Source: Spirochaetia bacterium (lineage in GTDB: Bacteria; Spirochaetota; Spirochaetia; UBA9216). Taken from it: a stretch of 64,000 nucleotides of DNA. Positions 19,422-28,473 of this stretch are shown one piece after another. The stretch spans positions 2,208,001 to 2,272,000 of the forward strand of contig OY776510.1 in NCBI GenBank assembly GCA_963675665.1, written 5' to 3'. The translations under genes were made by a program, and so were the position numbers. The number at the start of each line of letters is the position of its first letter. Within the stretch, counting starts at the first letter, position 1. The notes beneath the pieces were generated by a model. It was not told where the DNA came from, searched no databases, and worked only from the letters and a program-made list of their open reading frames with translations.

Positions 19422-19462
19422 TAAATAAGGAAAAGTGTTTCAGGGACACTTTCCCTTATTTA
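19422..19462. terminator. 17-bp hairpin closing the AT-rich island operon
   Basis: TAAATAAGGAAAAGTGT / ACACTTTCCCTTATTTA, one mismatch, 7-nt loop. Confidence 0.5.
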
Positions 19463-19506
19463 GATAATTTGATGATACTGAATTATAACGTGATATAATA
19501 TAATTC

Positions 19507-20025
19507 ATGAGAAAGAATATATTAATCATATTAATTTTTCTTACTCTGCCCCCAACATCTTTAATCGCTTTCGAAAAAAATAATGAGCGCCCGTGGGACC
19601 TTTCCGCTGAACTGTCGATGATGCTGACGCTGCAGCTTGACGTTGAATATTTCTTTAACGACAGTTTCGGATTGAAAGCGGGATTTGGAATCTCTCCGAT
19701 CGGACTGACGTGTTTTTCGTACAATGCGCTCCTTGTATATCATTTAAACCTTCCGACCGAACATTTTCAGCTTGATCTGGAAGCAGGTCTGCCGCTTGCA
19801 TATTTCGATTTTATTGAAGGCCGGTATGTCGACTGGGACCCGCTGATCGATGATCCGTTCTTCGGTTTCCTGCCGGGCGGCGGAGCTCTATTCTCTTACA
19901 GGTTCAATGAAGAACATGCCCTTGGCCTGCGGGCGGCTGCCGCTGTAATGTTTGAGCATCAGCGCGATACCGGATGGAAAACCCCGGGTTTTATACCGAT
20001 TCTTGCGCTTGTCTATAACTTCTGA
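19507..20025 (+). CDS. Hypothetical exported protein, possible small outer-membrane beta-barrel
   Basis: Signal peptide, alternating aromatic/Gly strands and a C-terminal LVYNF. Confidence 0.6.
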   Translation: MRKNILIILIFLTLPPTSLIAFEKNNERPWDLSAELSMMLTLQLDVEYFFNDSFGLKAGFGISPIGLTCFSYNALLVYHLNLPTEHFQLDLEAGLPLAYFDFIEGRYVDWDPLIDDPFFGFLPGGGALFSYRFNEEHALGLRAAAAVMFEHQRDTGWKTPGFIPILALVYNF

Positions 20026-20082
20026 AAACCCTTAATGCAGTAGTATATTGAAAGATAAAGATAAATAGATTATCGTGATTTC

Positions 20083-20901
20083 ATGAATAAAAGAATATTC
20101 TCGGCCGTTATAATGTTCTGTATTGTTTCAATACAGGTTTTTTCCGATTCCGATAAACCGTTCTTCTATATCTCCGATACATCGCGTGGACTTTATGAGA
20201 CGGGAAAGGTTTATGAAAATAAATTCTATATCCTGTTCGGTGAGCACCAGAATACTGCAATCTCTCCGAATGTGTTCAACACTATCGGAATAGGACAGGA
20301 TATCGGCAATCTTGAACCGGTCAAAAAAATCGGGACCATGGAGCTCAGGTCGTATTATACAGTTAAATTACTTGTCCCGGCTTCGGCTTTTCCCGATGCG
20401 CAGGAGCCGCTGACCATCGATTTCTTTTTGCGGGGAGGTTTTAATGTGCAATACCCGATAACCGTCCCCGTCGGACCCGACCGCTTTGATTTAAAAATTT
20501 CGCCGTATCTTCGGGCGGAAGCAATACTCGGCCTTTTCCCGCAGATATATAATATAAGTGTTCAATCATTTTTTACTCTGAACAGCGGAGCCGAAGTTGC
20601 CGCGCAGTACAGCCTGACGGATGAAATCAGGCTTGGAGCGGATATATCAACATTTCTTATCGGAATGGATACCGGCCGCGACGGCTATAATAAAGATTAT
20701 ATTCCGGATATTGTTTTTTCTCATCCGGGGAATTATATCGATTTGAATCTGGAGCTGTTCGGCGAATTTGATTTTTCCAGGACAGAAAGTTTGAGGATTG
20801 GGTACGCCCATAACGTCAATTCATATTACGGCGGGACCTACTCGATGATAAGCGGAGACCACAGGATAGGGGTTTCCGTTCTCAGAAAACTGATTCGATA
20901 G
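20083..20901 (+). CDS. Hypothetical exported protein, possible beta-barrel partner of the S41 peptidase
   Basis: Signal peptide ending VFS and amphipathic beta-strand patterns; lies 10 bp upstream of the S41 gene. Confidence 0.55.
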   Translation: MNKRIFSAVIMFCIVSIQVFSDSDKPFFYISDTSRGLYETGKVYENKFYILFGEHQNTAISPNVFNTIGIGQDIGNLEPVKKIGTMELRSYYTVKLLVPASAFPDAQEPLTIDFFLRGGFNVQYPITVPVGPDRFDLKISPYLRAEAILGLFPQIYNISVQSFFTLNSGAEVAAQYSLTDEIRLGADISTFLIGMDTGRDGYNKDYIPDIVFSHPGNYIDLNLELFGEFDFSRTESLRIGYAHNVNSYYGGTYSMISGDHRIGVSVLRKLIR

Positions 20902-20911
20902 GAGGACGGGA

Positions 20912-22000
20912 ATGAAAAAATTACCTGTATTGCTCTTAACGGCAGTTCTTGTTTCCTGTATTCCTTATATAAACGACACATGGGATAATGATAAGGTTTC
21001 AACTTATGAATACCTCTGTGATCAGCTTGAAAACCATTATGTTTATTTTGATTATAAGAACCTTGATTTTACTGATATCAGAAATAATTACAAAAATCAG
21101 ATAGACAACGAAATGACCGACGAAGCCTTTTACCAGGTGCTTGAAAGCTTTATTTTTGAGCTTGAAGACGGGCATGCCAATATATTTACACCGTTTACCA
21201 CATCGCCGACCTATCCCTTCTTCATGGACGGATATGAAAAAAACTATGATGCAGAAGTTATAAGGGACAATTATCTGGATACAAATCCGGTTTACGGGAA
21301 GAGTATGATTAATAGCCTGATTGAGAGAAACGGTTCCGTTTACGGTTATATCTATTACGGTTCGTTTATGAATTCAGCAACTGTTTATGAAATTGAATAT
21401 ATTTTAAACAGGTTTCGAACGGCCGAAGTTAAGGGAATTATTCTTGATGTCAGAAATAACGGAGGGGGAGTGCTTGAAAATCCCCTGGTGCTGCTCAGTT
21501 ATTTCGGAGGAACTGCCCCGGGTACAAAAACCACAGTGCTGAAGGGTTGGCGCAGGGACGCTAAAGATATTTATACCGAGATTAACGGGATGGATTTTTC
21601 AATTGTATATTCAATCAGTTTTGATGTAACGTCCGATGAAAAGGTCTACAGGGGGCCGGTTGCGCTTTTGACCAACAGGTTGTCTTACAGCGCTACATCG
21701 TTTGCCGCGACCGCTTCAAAGGCTTTTGATAATGTAAAACAGATCGGCGGGAAAACCGGCGGCGGTATGGGGCTGCCTGTAGGCGGCACAATGCCGAACG
21801 GATGGACGTACCGGTTTTCAGGCAATGTGGTTATGGATTACAGGGCAGACAGCTATACTGATAACGGCTATAATTATGAGAAGGGCGTTCCCCCCGATAT
21901 TGAACAGGATGATGATCCGGTTACTGATGCAAATGACGAGATTATCGACAGGGCCATCCTTTGGCTTGACAGCGCGGAAGCTGCGGTTTTTACGGATTAG
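20912..22000 (+). CDS. S41-family peptidase lipoprotein
   Basis: Lipobox LVSC; DGHAN, ILDVRNNGGG, SYSATSF, IGGKTGGG and EKGVPPD. Confidence 0.88.
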   Translation: MKKLPVLLLTAVLVSCIPYINDTWDNDKVSTYEYLCDQLENHYVYFDYKNLDFTDIRNNYKNQIDNEMTDEAFYQVLESFIFELEDGHANIFTPFTTSPTYPFFMDGYEKNYDAEVIRDNYLDTNPVYGKSMINSLIERNGSVYGYIYYGSFMNSATVYEIEYILNRFRTAEVKGIILDVRNNGGGVLENPLVLLSYFGGTAPGTKTTVLKGWRRDAKDIYTEINGMDFSIVYSISFDVTSDEKVYRGPVALLTNRLSYSATSFAATASKAFDNVKQIGGKTGGGMGLPVGGTMPNGWTYRFSGNVVMDYRADSYTDNGYNYEKGVPPDIEQDDDPVTDANDEIIDRAILWLDSAEAAVFTD

Positions 22001-22628
22001 GGGGATAGAGAATTCTGATTCCGTAAATATTACGTGAAGCTCCTGTTCCCCATCTGTCAGTTACGTTGTATACATCTTTCAGGGTATGTTGATCGGGAAG
22101 TTCCGGATCATTCATTGTAAAGCCGTCTTTCTCATTCCAGCCTGTCAATACAATATAATGTGGAGCTGCCTGATATTCTACCTCGGCAATAACAGGGATG
22201 CCCTGTTCAAGATAGTATCTTATTAAAAGCAGATCAGCCGGTTGAGCGTTCCAGTCAAATCGGGTGTAGACCATTCCGCCTTTAAACCCGGCAAGCGCCG
22301 GCCAGTTGATATTAACCTTTCCGATATATGTATTTCCGTCCCAGCCGTCCTCAAAGCCGTTATTTTCCCTTAGCCAGTTATTCATTATTGCGGGAGTAAG
22401 ATCCTTGCTGAAAAAAAAAGATGTCACCATCGATATGCAGGTCAGCGCACAGCCGTGGGTTCTAATCGTTACTGATGATTTGTTGCCCAGTACTTCGTCT
22501 GCCCAGGCTGAATTCTTTCCCTGGACGTAATAAGGAACAGTTAAAGATGTGCTTTGTGTAAAAGCCTCAGGTGCCGGCATTGTCAGGAAAAGTATCGTAA
22601 GCAGTGATACGGTAAATTTAAATTTCAT
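21990..22628 (-). CDS. Secreted C39-like (papain-fold) peptidase
   Basis: PYYVQ...W...LG, GCALTCISMV, HYIVLTG and MNDP catalytic pattern; signal peptide. Confidence 0.8.
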   Translation of the reverse strand: MKFKFTVSLLTILFLTMPAPEAFTQSTSLTVPYYVQGKNSAWADEVLGNKSSVTIRTHGCALTCISMVTSFFFSKDLTPAIMNNWLRENNGFEDGWDGNTYIGKVNINWPALAGFKGGMVYTRFDWNAQPADLLLIRYYLEQGIPVIAEVEYQAAPHYIVLTGWNEKDGFTMNDPELPDQHTLKDVYNVTDRWGTGASRNIYGIRILYPPNP

Positions 22629-22830
22629 AGTGAGAAATATATAACTGTAAACAGCAAATATCCATTTAATTTTATAATAATTAAAACCAAGAGGTTTCTA
22701 TCTTTCCGGGAACGTAGAATAAGAAATAATGTACATGTAATTGACCAAAAACCGGTAAAAAGGTTAAAAATCTGTATTGACAATGCTAATAAAGTGATCG
22801 ATAGTGATGCATTGATTGCTGGAGGCGCTT

Positions 22831-24663
22831 ATGGCAAAACTTGTAAAACAACCGGATATTTCAGAATTCAGGCTGCTGGATCGTAAGGAACCGGAACTTT
22901 TCCGGGAACAGTTTCCGTATTCGGAAGTCCCAAAGATTCTTTTTGAACAGGCGGCTTTGCTTCCGGACATGCCGGAAGATATATGGATTACCGATACGAC
23001 CTTCCGTGACGGGCAGCAGGCAAGGCCGCCGTATACTCCGAAGCAGATTGGCGATCTGTTTACCTTCATGCATAAACTTGGAGGACCGAAGGGAATTATC
23101 AGGCAGAGCGAGTTTTTCATTTACAGCAGGCGTGACCGGGAAGCCCTCGAAATTTGCCGTTCGAAGGGCTATGAATACCCCGAAATTACCGGCTGGACAA
23201 GGGCCAATTCCGACGACCTGCGGCTTGTAAAGGACCTCGGACTCGGCGAAACAGGTATCCTGACTTCGGTATCCGATTATCATATATATCTGAAACTTAA
23301 AACCACTCGCAAAAAAGCAATGGAAGATTACCTTGCCATCGTCAGGCAAGCGGTCAATATTGGTGTCAGGCCGCGCTGTCATTTTGAGGACATTACAAGG
23401 GCGGACATCTACGGGTTCTGCCTGCCGTTCGCTGCTGAACTGAAAAAACTTATGGATGAAAGCGGGATACCGGTTAAGATTCGACTATGCGATACAATGG
23501 GTTACGGCATATCCTACCCGGGAGCAGTCCTGCCGAGAAGCGTCCCGAAACTGGTCAACGCTTTCAGGCGGGAGATAGGCTATCCGTCGGAGCTTCTCGA
23601 ATGGCACGGACATAACGATTTTCATAAAGTACATGTCAACGGCGCAACCGCCTGGCTTTACGGTCTTTCGGCCCTGAACGCATCGCTGCTGGGTTTCGGC
23701 GAGAGAACAGGCAATCCGCCGCTGGAGGCCGCAGTTATGGAATACATCGGCCTCACCGGTTCTGCAAACGGAATGGATACCCGTGTAATAACCGAAATTG
23801 CAGAATATTTCGAGAAGGAAATCAATGCGGATATCCCGCCTAATTATCCTTTTGTCGGTATGGACTTTAATACGACCCGGGCGGGAATACATGCGGACGG
23901 CATCCTGAAAAATCAGGAGATCTACAATATCTTTGATACCGATCTTGTTCTGGGACGTCCGCTGAAGGTTACCGTTACCGACAAATCGGGCGCCGCAGGT
24001 ATTGCTCGGTGGCTGAACGAAAATATTGAGTCAGTTGTTTCAGGAAGCAGGCCTCCGATCGGAAAACGTGAACCGGGCGTCAGACCTATTGCCGAATGGG
24101 TCCAGAAACAATACGCCGACGGGCGCACAACCGGGATATCCCCGGAAGAGCTTAAAGCGCAAGCCAGGCATTTTATACCCTCTCTTTTTATTTCGGATTT
24201 TGAGGTTATTCAGCAGCGGGTTACGCAGAAGGCAATGAAGATAGCTGAAATGATCTCGGCGTCGCCCGATGTTCAGTCGCTTGTAGCCGAAAGGATGGAA
24301 CCTTACCTCGGCAGCATTGTCAAACGCGAACCGTCGATTCAGCTTCTTGCCGTTACGAACCTGAACGGGTACAGGATAAGCCAGGTTTATACGCAGCGCG
24401 GTGAAAAAGGCCGATTCCGAAGGCTCATGAACAAGGACTTCAACAAACATGACTGGTTCAGGCATGTGAAAGATACCGGCGAGGCCTACTGTTCGGGGTT
24501 GTTCCGTTCAATCTTTACTGATGAACTAATCATTACGACCGGGCTTCCGCTACGTGATAATGACGGCTGCATAAGGGCCATAATCGATATTGATTTCAAG
24601 TTCAATGCGCTTGTAATGATGCAGTCGAATATTCCCGACGAAATTCTTGAAATGAAGGATTAA
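22831..24663 (+). CDS. Re-citrate-synthase-like DRE-TIM acetyl-CoA condensing enzyme with a C-terminal Cache-like domain
   Basis: IWITDTTFRDGQQ, SDYHI, HFEDITRAD, WHGHNDF, GERTGN and TRAGIHADG. The tail has HDWF...YCSGLFRSIFTDELIIT...IIDID. The GGAGG SD favours ATG 22831. Confidence 0.8.
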   Translation: MAKLVKQPDISEFRLLDRKEPELFREQFPYSEVPKILFEQAALLPDMPEDIWITDTTFRDGQQARPPYTPKQIGDLFTFMHKLGGPKGIIRQSEFFIYSRRDREALEICRSKGYEYPEITGWTRANSDDLRLVKDLGLGETGILTSVSDYHIYLKLKTTRKKAMEDYLAIVRQAVNIGVRPRCHFEDITRADIYGFCLPFAAELKKLMDESGIPVKIRLCDTMGYGISYPGAVLPRSVPKLVNAFRREIGYPSELLEWHGHNDFHKVHVNGATAWLYGLSALNASLLGFGERTGNPPLEAAVMEYIGLTGSANGMDTRVITEIAEYFEKEINADIPPNYPFVGMDFNTTRAGIHADGILKNQEIYNIFDTDLVLGRPLKVTVTDKSGAAGIARWLNENIESVVSGSRPPIGKREPGVRPIAEWVQKQYADGRTTGISPEELKAQARHFIPSLFISDFEVIQQRVTQKAMKIAEMISASPDVQSLVAERMEPYLGSIVKREPSIQLLAVTNLNGYRISQVYTQRGEKGRFRRLMNKDFNKHDWFRHVKDTGEAYCSGLFRSIFTDELIITTGLPLRDNDGCIRAIIDIDFKFNALVMMQSNIPDEILEMKD

Positions 24664-24756
24664 ATCTTCTACGGAGTTATTGTAACCGGACTTTTAAGGT
24701 ATATTATGGAGCTTATTGAAGCTGTGTTTTTATAATTATATCAGTGAGTGTTATCT

Positions 24757-24788
24757 TATGACCGGAACAGGTCTTTTTTCCGGTCATA
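24757..24788. terminator. 11-bp hairpin, possible terminator
   Basis: TATGACCGGAA-N10-TTCCGGTCATA; no clear U-tract. Confidence 0.35.
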
Positions 24789-24858
24789 GCGGCGCATCGA
24801 TTTTTAAATAGGGATATATTATTTGATTTCAGGTTTATATATCATATAATTATATTGT

Positions 24859-27009
24859 ATGAATACAAAGAGTTCCGCTCTTACATTAATTCTAATAATC
24901 CAGCTGCTATTTTTTATTGTCTCTCCGGCTTATAATCAGGATGCTGCAGATGAAAAAGAAATAATACTTTTATTTCCGTGGCACGAAGTCCGCAGTTGGA
25001 ATTACGATTTCATGGACGGTTTTTATACAGTTTTGAATGAAAATACAGATATGAAAATCAGTTTTTCATTTGAACACCTTGAGATACCGTTCAGCTCTGA
25101 TCCTGCTGCGATTGAAGCTGCTCTTGAAAAGATGCAAATGATTAGGAAATACAATAACCCGGATTTAATAATCTCAACATTTCCTTCTGTTCATCCGTTA
25201 GTGCTGAATCAAGGTGAAGAAATATTCCCCGGTGTAACGAAGGTCTTTGTTCCTGCAACAAGGGAGCAGGCTGAGGAAATTAATAAGCTGCCTCATTCTT
25301 ATATCATTTCAAGTTCTGTTGAATATGCAACGAGAACGACATTAGATCATTTAAAAATGATCCTGCCCGATTTGGAAAACCTTATTGTTGTTTCCGGAGT
25401 TGGCGGAGGTGAAGAGTATTATCTTAATCTTTTCAAAAAAATTGTTGAAGAAACAAACCTTGGCGTCGAATTGACTTACTACAGCGGTCTTCCAATCAGG
25501 GATTTGGTTTTAAAACTTTCAATTCTTCCGGATAATTCTGCGATCTTTCTTCTTCCGAATACCAGGGACCTTGATAACAATATCTATACGACCGAAGAGT
25601 TGTTATCAAGTATTATAGAAATAGCGGATGCGCCGAGTTTCTCAACTGACGGTTCTTCTTTCGGTCAGGGTATTGTCGGGGGAGTAATGGTGAGTTCAGA
25701 ATATTACGGAAAATATACGGCAGAAGCTGTCTTTCATTTTCTTTCAACAAAAGAATGGCCGGATGATAATAATAGAGAGAAAACCATTGAAAAATATGAC
25801 TGGCGGGTGCTGCAAAAATGGGGTATTGATGAAGACCTTTTACCGGAGGGAAGCGAAGTCTCATTTAAAACAGAAACCTTTGTTGAAAAATACCGAATTC
25901 AGATTATGTTCATAACACTACTTATATTATTAGAGTCTTTTTTACTGATGATTTTATTTGTAAATCTGAATAAACGACGACGGATAGAAAGCCTTCTGAT
26001 AAATAACCAGGAATTGCTTGATAGAAGTCAGAAATCAGCTAAGGTAGGAGGATGGGACTTTGATATTGCCTCGGGCAGAATGTCATGTACAAAAGAAATG
26101 TTTAATATTCTGGAACTAGATCCGGAATCAAATATGACAAAAGAGATGTTTATTAATTTTTTTCATCCTGAGAGCCTTGAAAAAGTTGATGATGCCTTTA
26201 AAAAAATCATCGCAGATAACGTCCCTTTTGAGCAGGAAGTTCGCTTGATAACCGCCAGGGGAAATGTAATTTGGGTAAACAGCAAATATAAAGCTGTTGT
26301 TCAAGATGGAAAAACTGTTCGAATATCAGGGACCTTACAGAATATTACTGTCCGGAAAATTGCTGAATTGGAACATCAGAACTCTCTGAAAGAAAAGGAA
26401 ATACTTTTAAACGAGGTTCATCACAGAGTAAAAAACAATCTGAGTATAATGTCTTCGCTGTTGGAATTGCAGAAAGAAACGATAACAGACAGACCCATGA
26501 AGGAACTTCTTCTTGTTAGTCAGAACCGAATACTCTCTATGGCCCTTTTGCATGAACAGCTTTACAATGAACAAAACCTGCAATGCCTGACCTTTTCTCA
26601 ATATGCCAAACCTTTGGCAGAAGAAATTGTATCCAGTTATCATTATAAAAATCTTGATGTGAAAATTACTTTTAATATTATTGAACAGGAAGTTGATATC
26701 GATACTCTTGTTCCCCTTGGTATAATCCTTAATGAAATCATTTCAAATTCCATGAAACACGCATTTAATAATATTGAGAATCCGCAGATCGATATCAGTC
26801 TTAAGAAGAAACCAAATAATAGACTTGTTCTATCTATAAAGGATAATGGCACAGGTTTGGCTGATGATTCAATTCTCAATCAAAAAGAGACGATAGGTAT
26901 TTTACTGATCCGCAGTCTTGTTACCCAAATTGATGGAAAGCTTGAAATAATAAGGGAGCGTGGCACTAATTTTATTATCACATTTGGTTTGCAGATGAAT
27001 AGTGAATAG
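24859..27009 (+). CDS. Membrane sensor histidine kinase (binding-protein-like periplasmic domain, PAS, HisKA_2)
   Basis: Signal/TM segment, GIVGG and YDWRVLQKWGI, second TM, PAS, EVHHRVKNNL, NEIISNSMKHAF and DNGTG. Confidence 0.9.
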   Translation: MNTKSSALTLILIIQLLFFIVSPAYNQDAADEKEIILLFPWHEVRSWNYDFMDGFYTVLNENTDMKISFSFEHLEIPFSSDPAAIEAALEKMQMIRKYNNPDLIISTFPSVHPLVLNQGEEIFPGVTKVFVPATREQAEEINKLPHSYIISSSVEYATRTTLDHLKMILPDLENLIVVSGVGGGEEYYLNLFKKIVEETNLGVELTYYSGLPIRDLVLKLSILPDNSAIFLLPNTRDLDNNIYTTEELLSSIIEIADAPSFSTDGSSFGQGIVGGVMVSSEYYGKYTAEAVFHFLSTKEWPDDNNREKTIEKYDWRVLQKWGIDEDLLPEGSEVSFKTETFVEKYRIQIMFITLLILLESFLLMILFVNLNKRRRIESLLINNQELLDRSQKSAKVGGWDFDIASGRMSCTKEMFNILELDPESNMTKEMFINFFHPESLEKVDDAFKKIIADNVPFEQEVRLITARGNVIWVNSKYKAVVQDGKTVRISGTLQNITVRKIAELEHQNSLKEKEILLNEVHHRVKNNLSIMSSLLELQKETITDRPMKELLLVSQNRILSMALLHEQLYNEQNLQCLTFSQYAKPLAEEIVSSYHYKNLDVKITFNIIEQEVDIDTLVPLGIILNEIISNSMKHAFNNIENPQIDISLKKKPNNRLVLSIKDNGTGLADDSILNQKETIGILLIRSLVTQIDGKLEIIRERGTNFIITFGLQMNSE

Positions 27010-27054
27010 GAATTCGGAACATCCATTACCATACCGGCAGGATTGATTTAATAA

Positions 27055-28428
27055 TCAATCCACCCTGGCATGAATCCATCTGCCGGATTTATTTCCGAGA
27101 TGCAGAAGTATCGAGTGAAACAGCTGGTAAAGACCGAAGCCGAGCCATGCCATATTCACGCCCATTCCAAGAATGCGGGTTGATATAAATGTGAAGCCGA
27201 GAATGAAAACCACATTTGTTGTGAACTCGGAAAACAGGACGAATTTTCCCCATCCGTTTCCGGTGAAAACCATCTCAAAGGTAAAGCCCAGGATCTCAAA
27301 AAAGAAGAAGGCTGCAAAAAAGCGTAGCGCAATGGTTGCTGCTTCGAATGTCGGGCCCGGAGATGTAAAAATGGCGGCGACGCGGTTCGGGAAAAAGAAT
27401 ACCAGCACGAAAACAGCAAACCCGATTGCGGCGCCTGTAATATATCCTGCCCGCATGACGCTTTTGGCGGCGTTCCTGTCGCCGGCACCAAGTTCATTTC
27501 CTATAAGAATTGCAGCGCCGTGTGAAAATCCGCCGACAATTGTTTTATTGATTCTGTAAAACGACAGTACGATATGGGTAGCCGCAAGATATACCGCCCC
27601 GATATTTTCCACCATTGCTTCATAGAACAGCATGATCAGCATTGCAAGAATGTTCTGAACTGCGGGCGGAACGGCAATCCTGACAATGTTTTTCAGTAGT
27701 GCACCGTTAAATTTCCGGAAACGATAAAACCGGTACCTATTAATATATTCTTTTTTCAGGGTTATGCTTAGTATATAAATCATACCGATCCAAATCGACA
27801 GCAAAGAACCGATTGCGGCGCCTCTGATTCCCATTTGAGGCAGGCCCAGTTTACCGTAGATAAAAATATAGTTCAGCAGAATATTAATGCCGTTGGACAG
27901 AAAACTTGTTATCATTGAATAACGCGGTTTATGAATGGAACTGAAAAAGCGCATTATGATCTGCTGAATGCCGAAAGGAAAGAAAGACCACCGAAGAATT
28001 CTGATATAACCAAGGCCGAGATTAATGATGCCTTCATCATCAAGGATAAGATTAAACAGGGGTTTTGCCAGAAAAGAAAGTGTAAACGCAACACCGGCGA
28101 ATAACAGCGAAACAATAATGCCGTGATCCATTACAGTGCCGATATTTTCAGGTTTTGCTGTTTCGCCGCCGGAGCCAAGCCTGCGTGAAACAATCGCCTG
28201 AACCCCGTTTGAGAGCGGCCATAAAAAGGTATTCAGAACCCAAATAAACATTCCGGCGACAGCCAGCGCCCCAAGCTCCAGACTGTTTTCTCCCAAATGA
28301 CCCAGCATTATTGAGTCTGCAACCTGATGCGAATAATGTGAAAGGCGTCCGGCCAGAAGCGGTGTGCCTAATATGAAAACACGTTTAAGGTTATGTCTGA
28401 GTTGGTATTCGCTTCTCGTTTTTATCAT
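27055..28428 (-). CDS. MATE-family efflux transporter
   Basis: D..MLGHLG, NILLNYIFIYGKLGLPQMGIRGAAIGS; about 12 TM segments. Confidence 0.9.
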   Translation of the reverse strand: MIKTRSEYQLRHNLKRVFILGTPLLAGRLSHYSHQVADSIMLGHLGENSLELGALAVAGMFIWVLNTFLWPLSNGVQAIVSRRLGSGGETAKPENIGTVMDHGIIVSLLFAGVAFTLSFLAKPLFNLILDDEGIINLGLGYIRILRWSFFPFGIQQIIMRFFSSIHKPRYSMITSFLSNGINILLNYIFIYGKLGLPQMGIRGAAIGSLLSIWIGMIYILSITLKKEYINRYRFYRFRKFNGALLKNIVRIAVPPAVQNILAMLIMLFYEAMVENIGAVYLAATHIVLSFYRINKTIVGGFSHGAAILIGNELGAGDRNAAKSVMRAGYITGAAIGFAVFVLVFFFPNRVAAIFTSPGPTFEAATIALRFFAAFFFFEILGFTFEMVFTGNGWGKFVLFSEFTTNVVFILGFTFISTRILGMGVNMAWLGFGLYQLFHSILLHLGNKSGRWIHARVD

Positions 28429-28473
28429 TCGGCTATAATATTTAAATTCAGCATAACGGTCAACGGCAGAATT

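Noticed and set aside
24706-24735. Micro-ORF MELIEAVFL before the 24757 hairpin
   Set aside because: Nine codons, no convincing SD and no informative codon bias.
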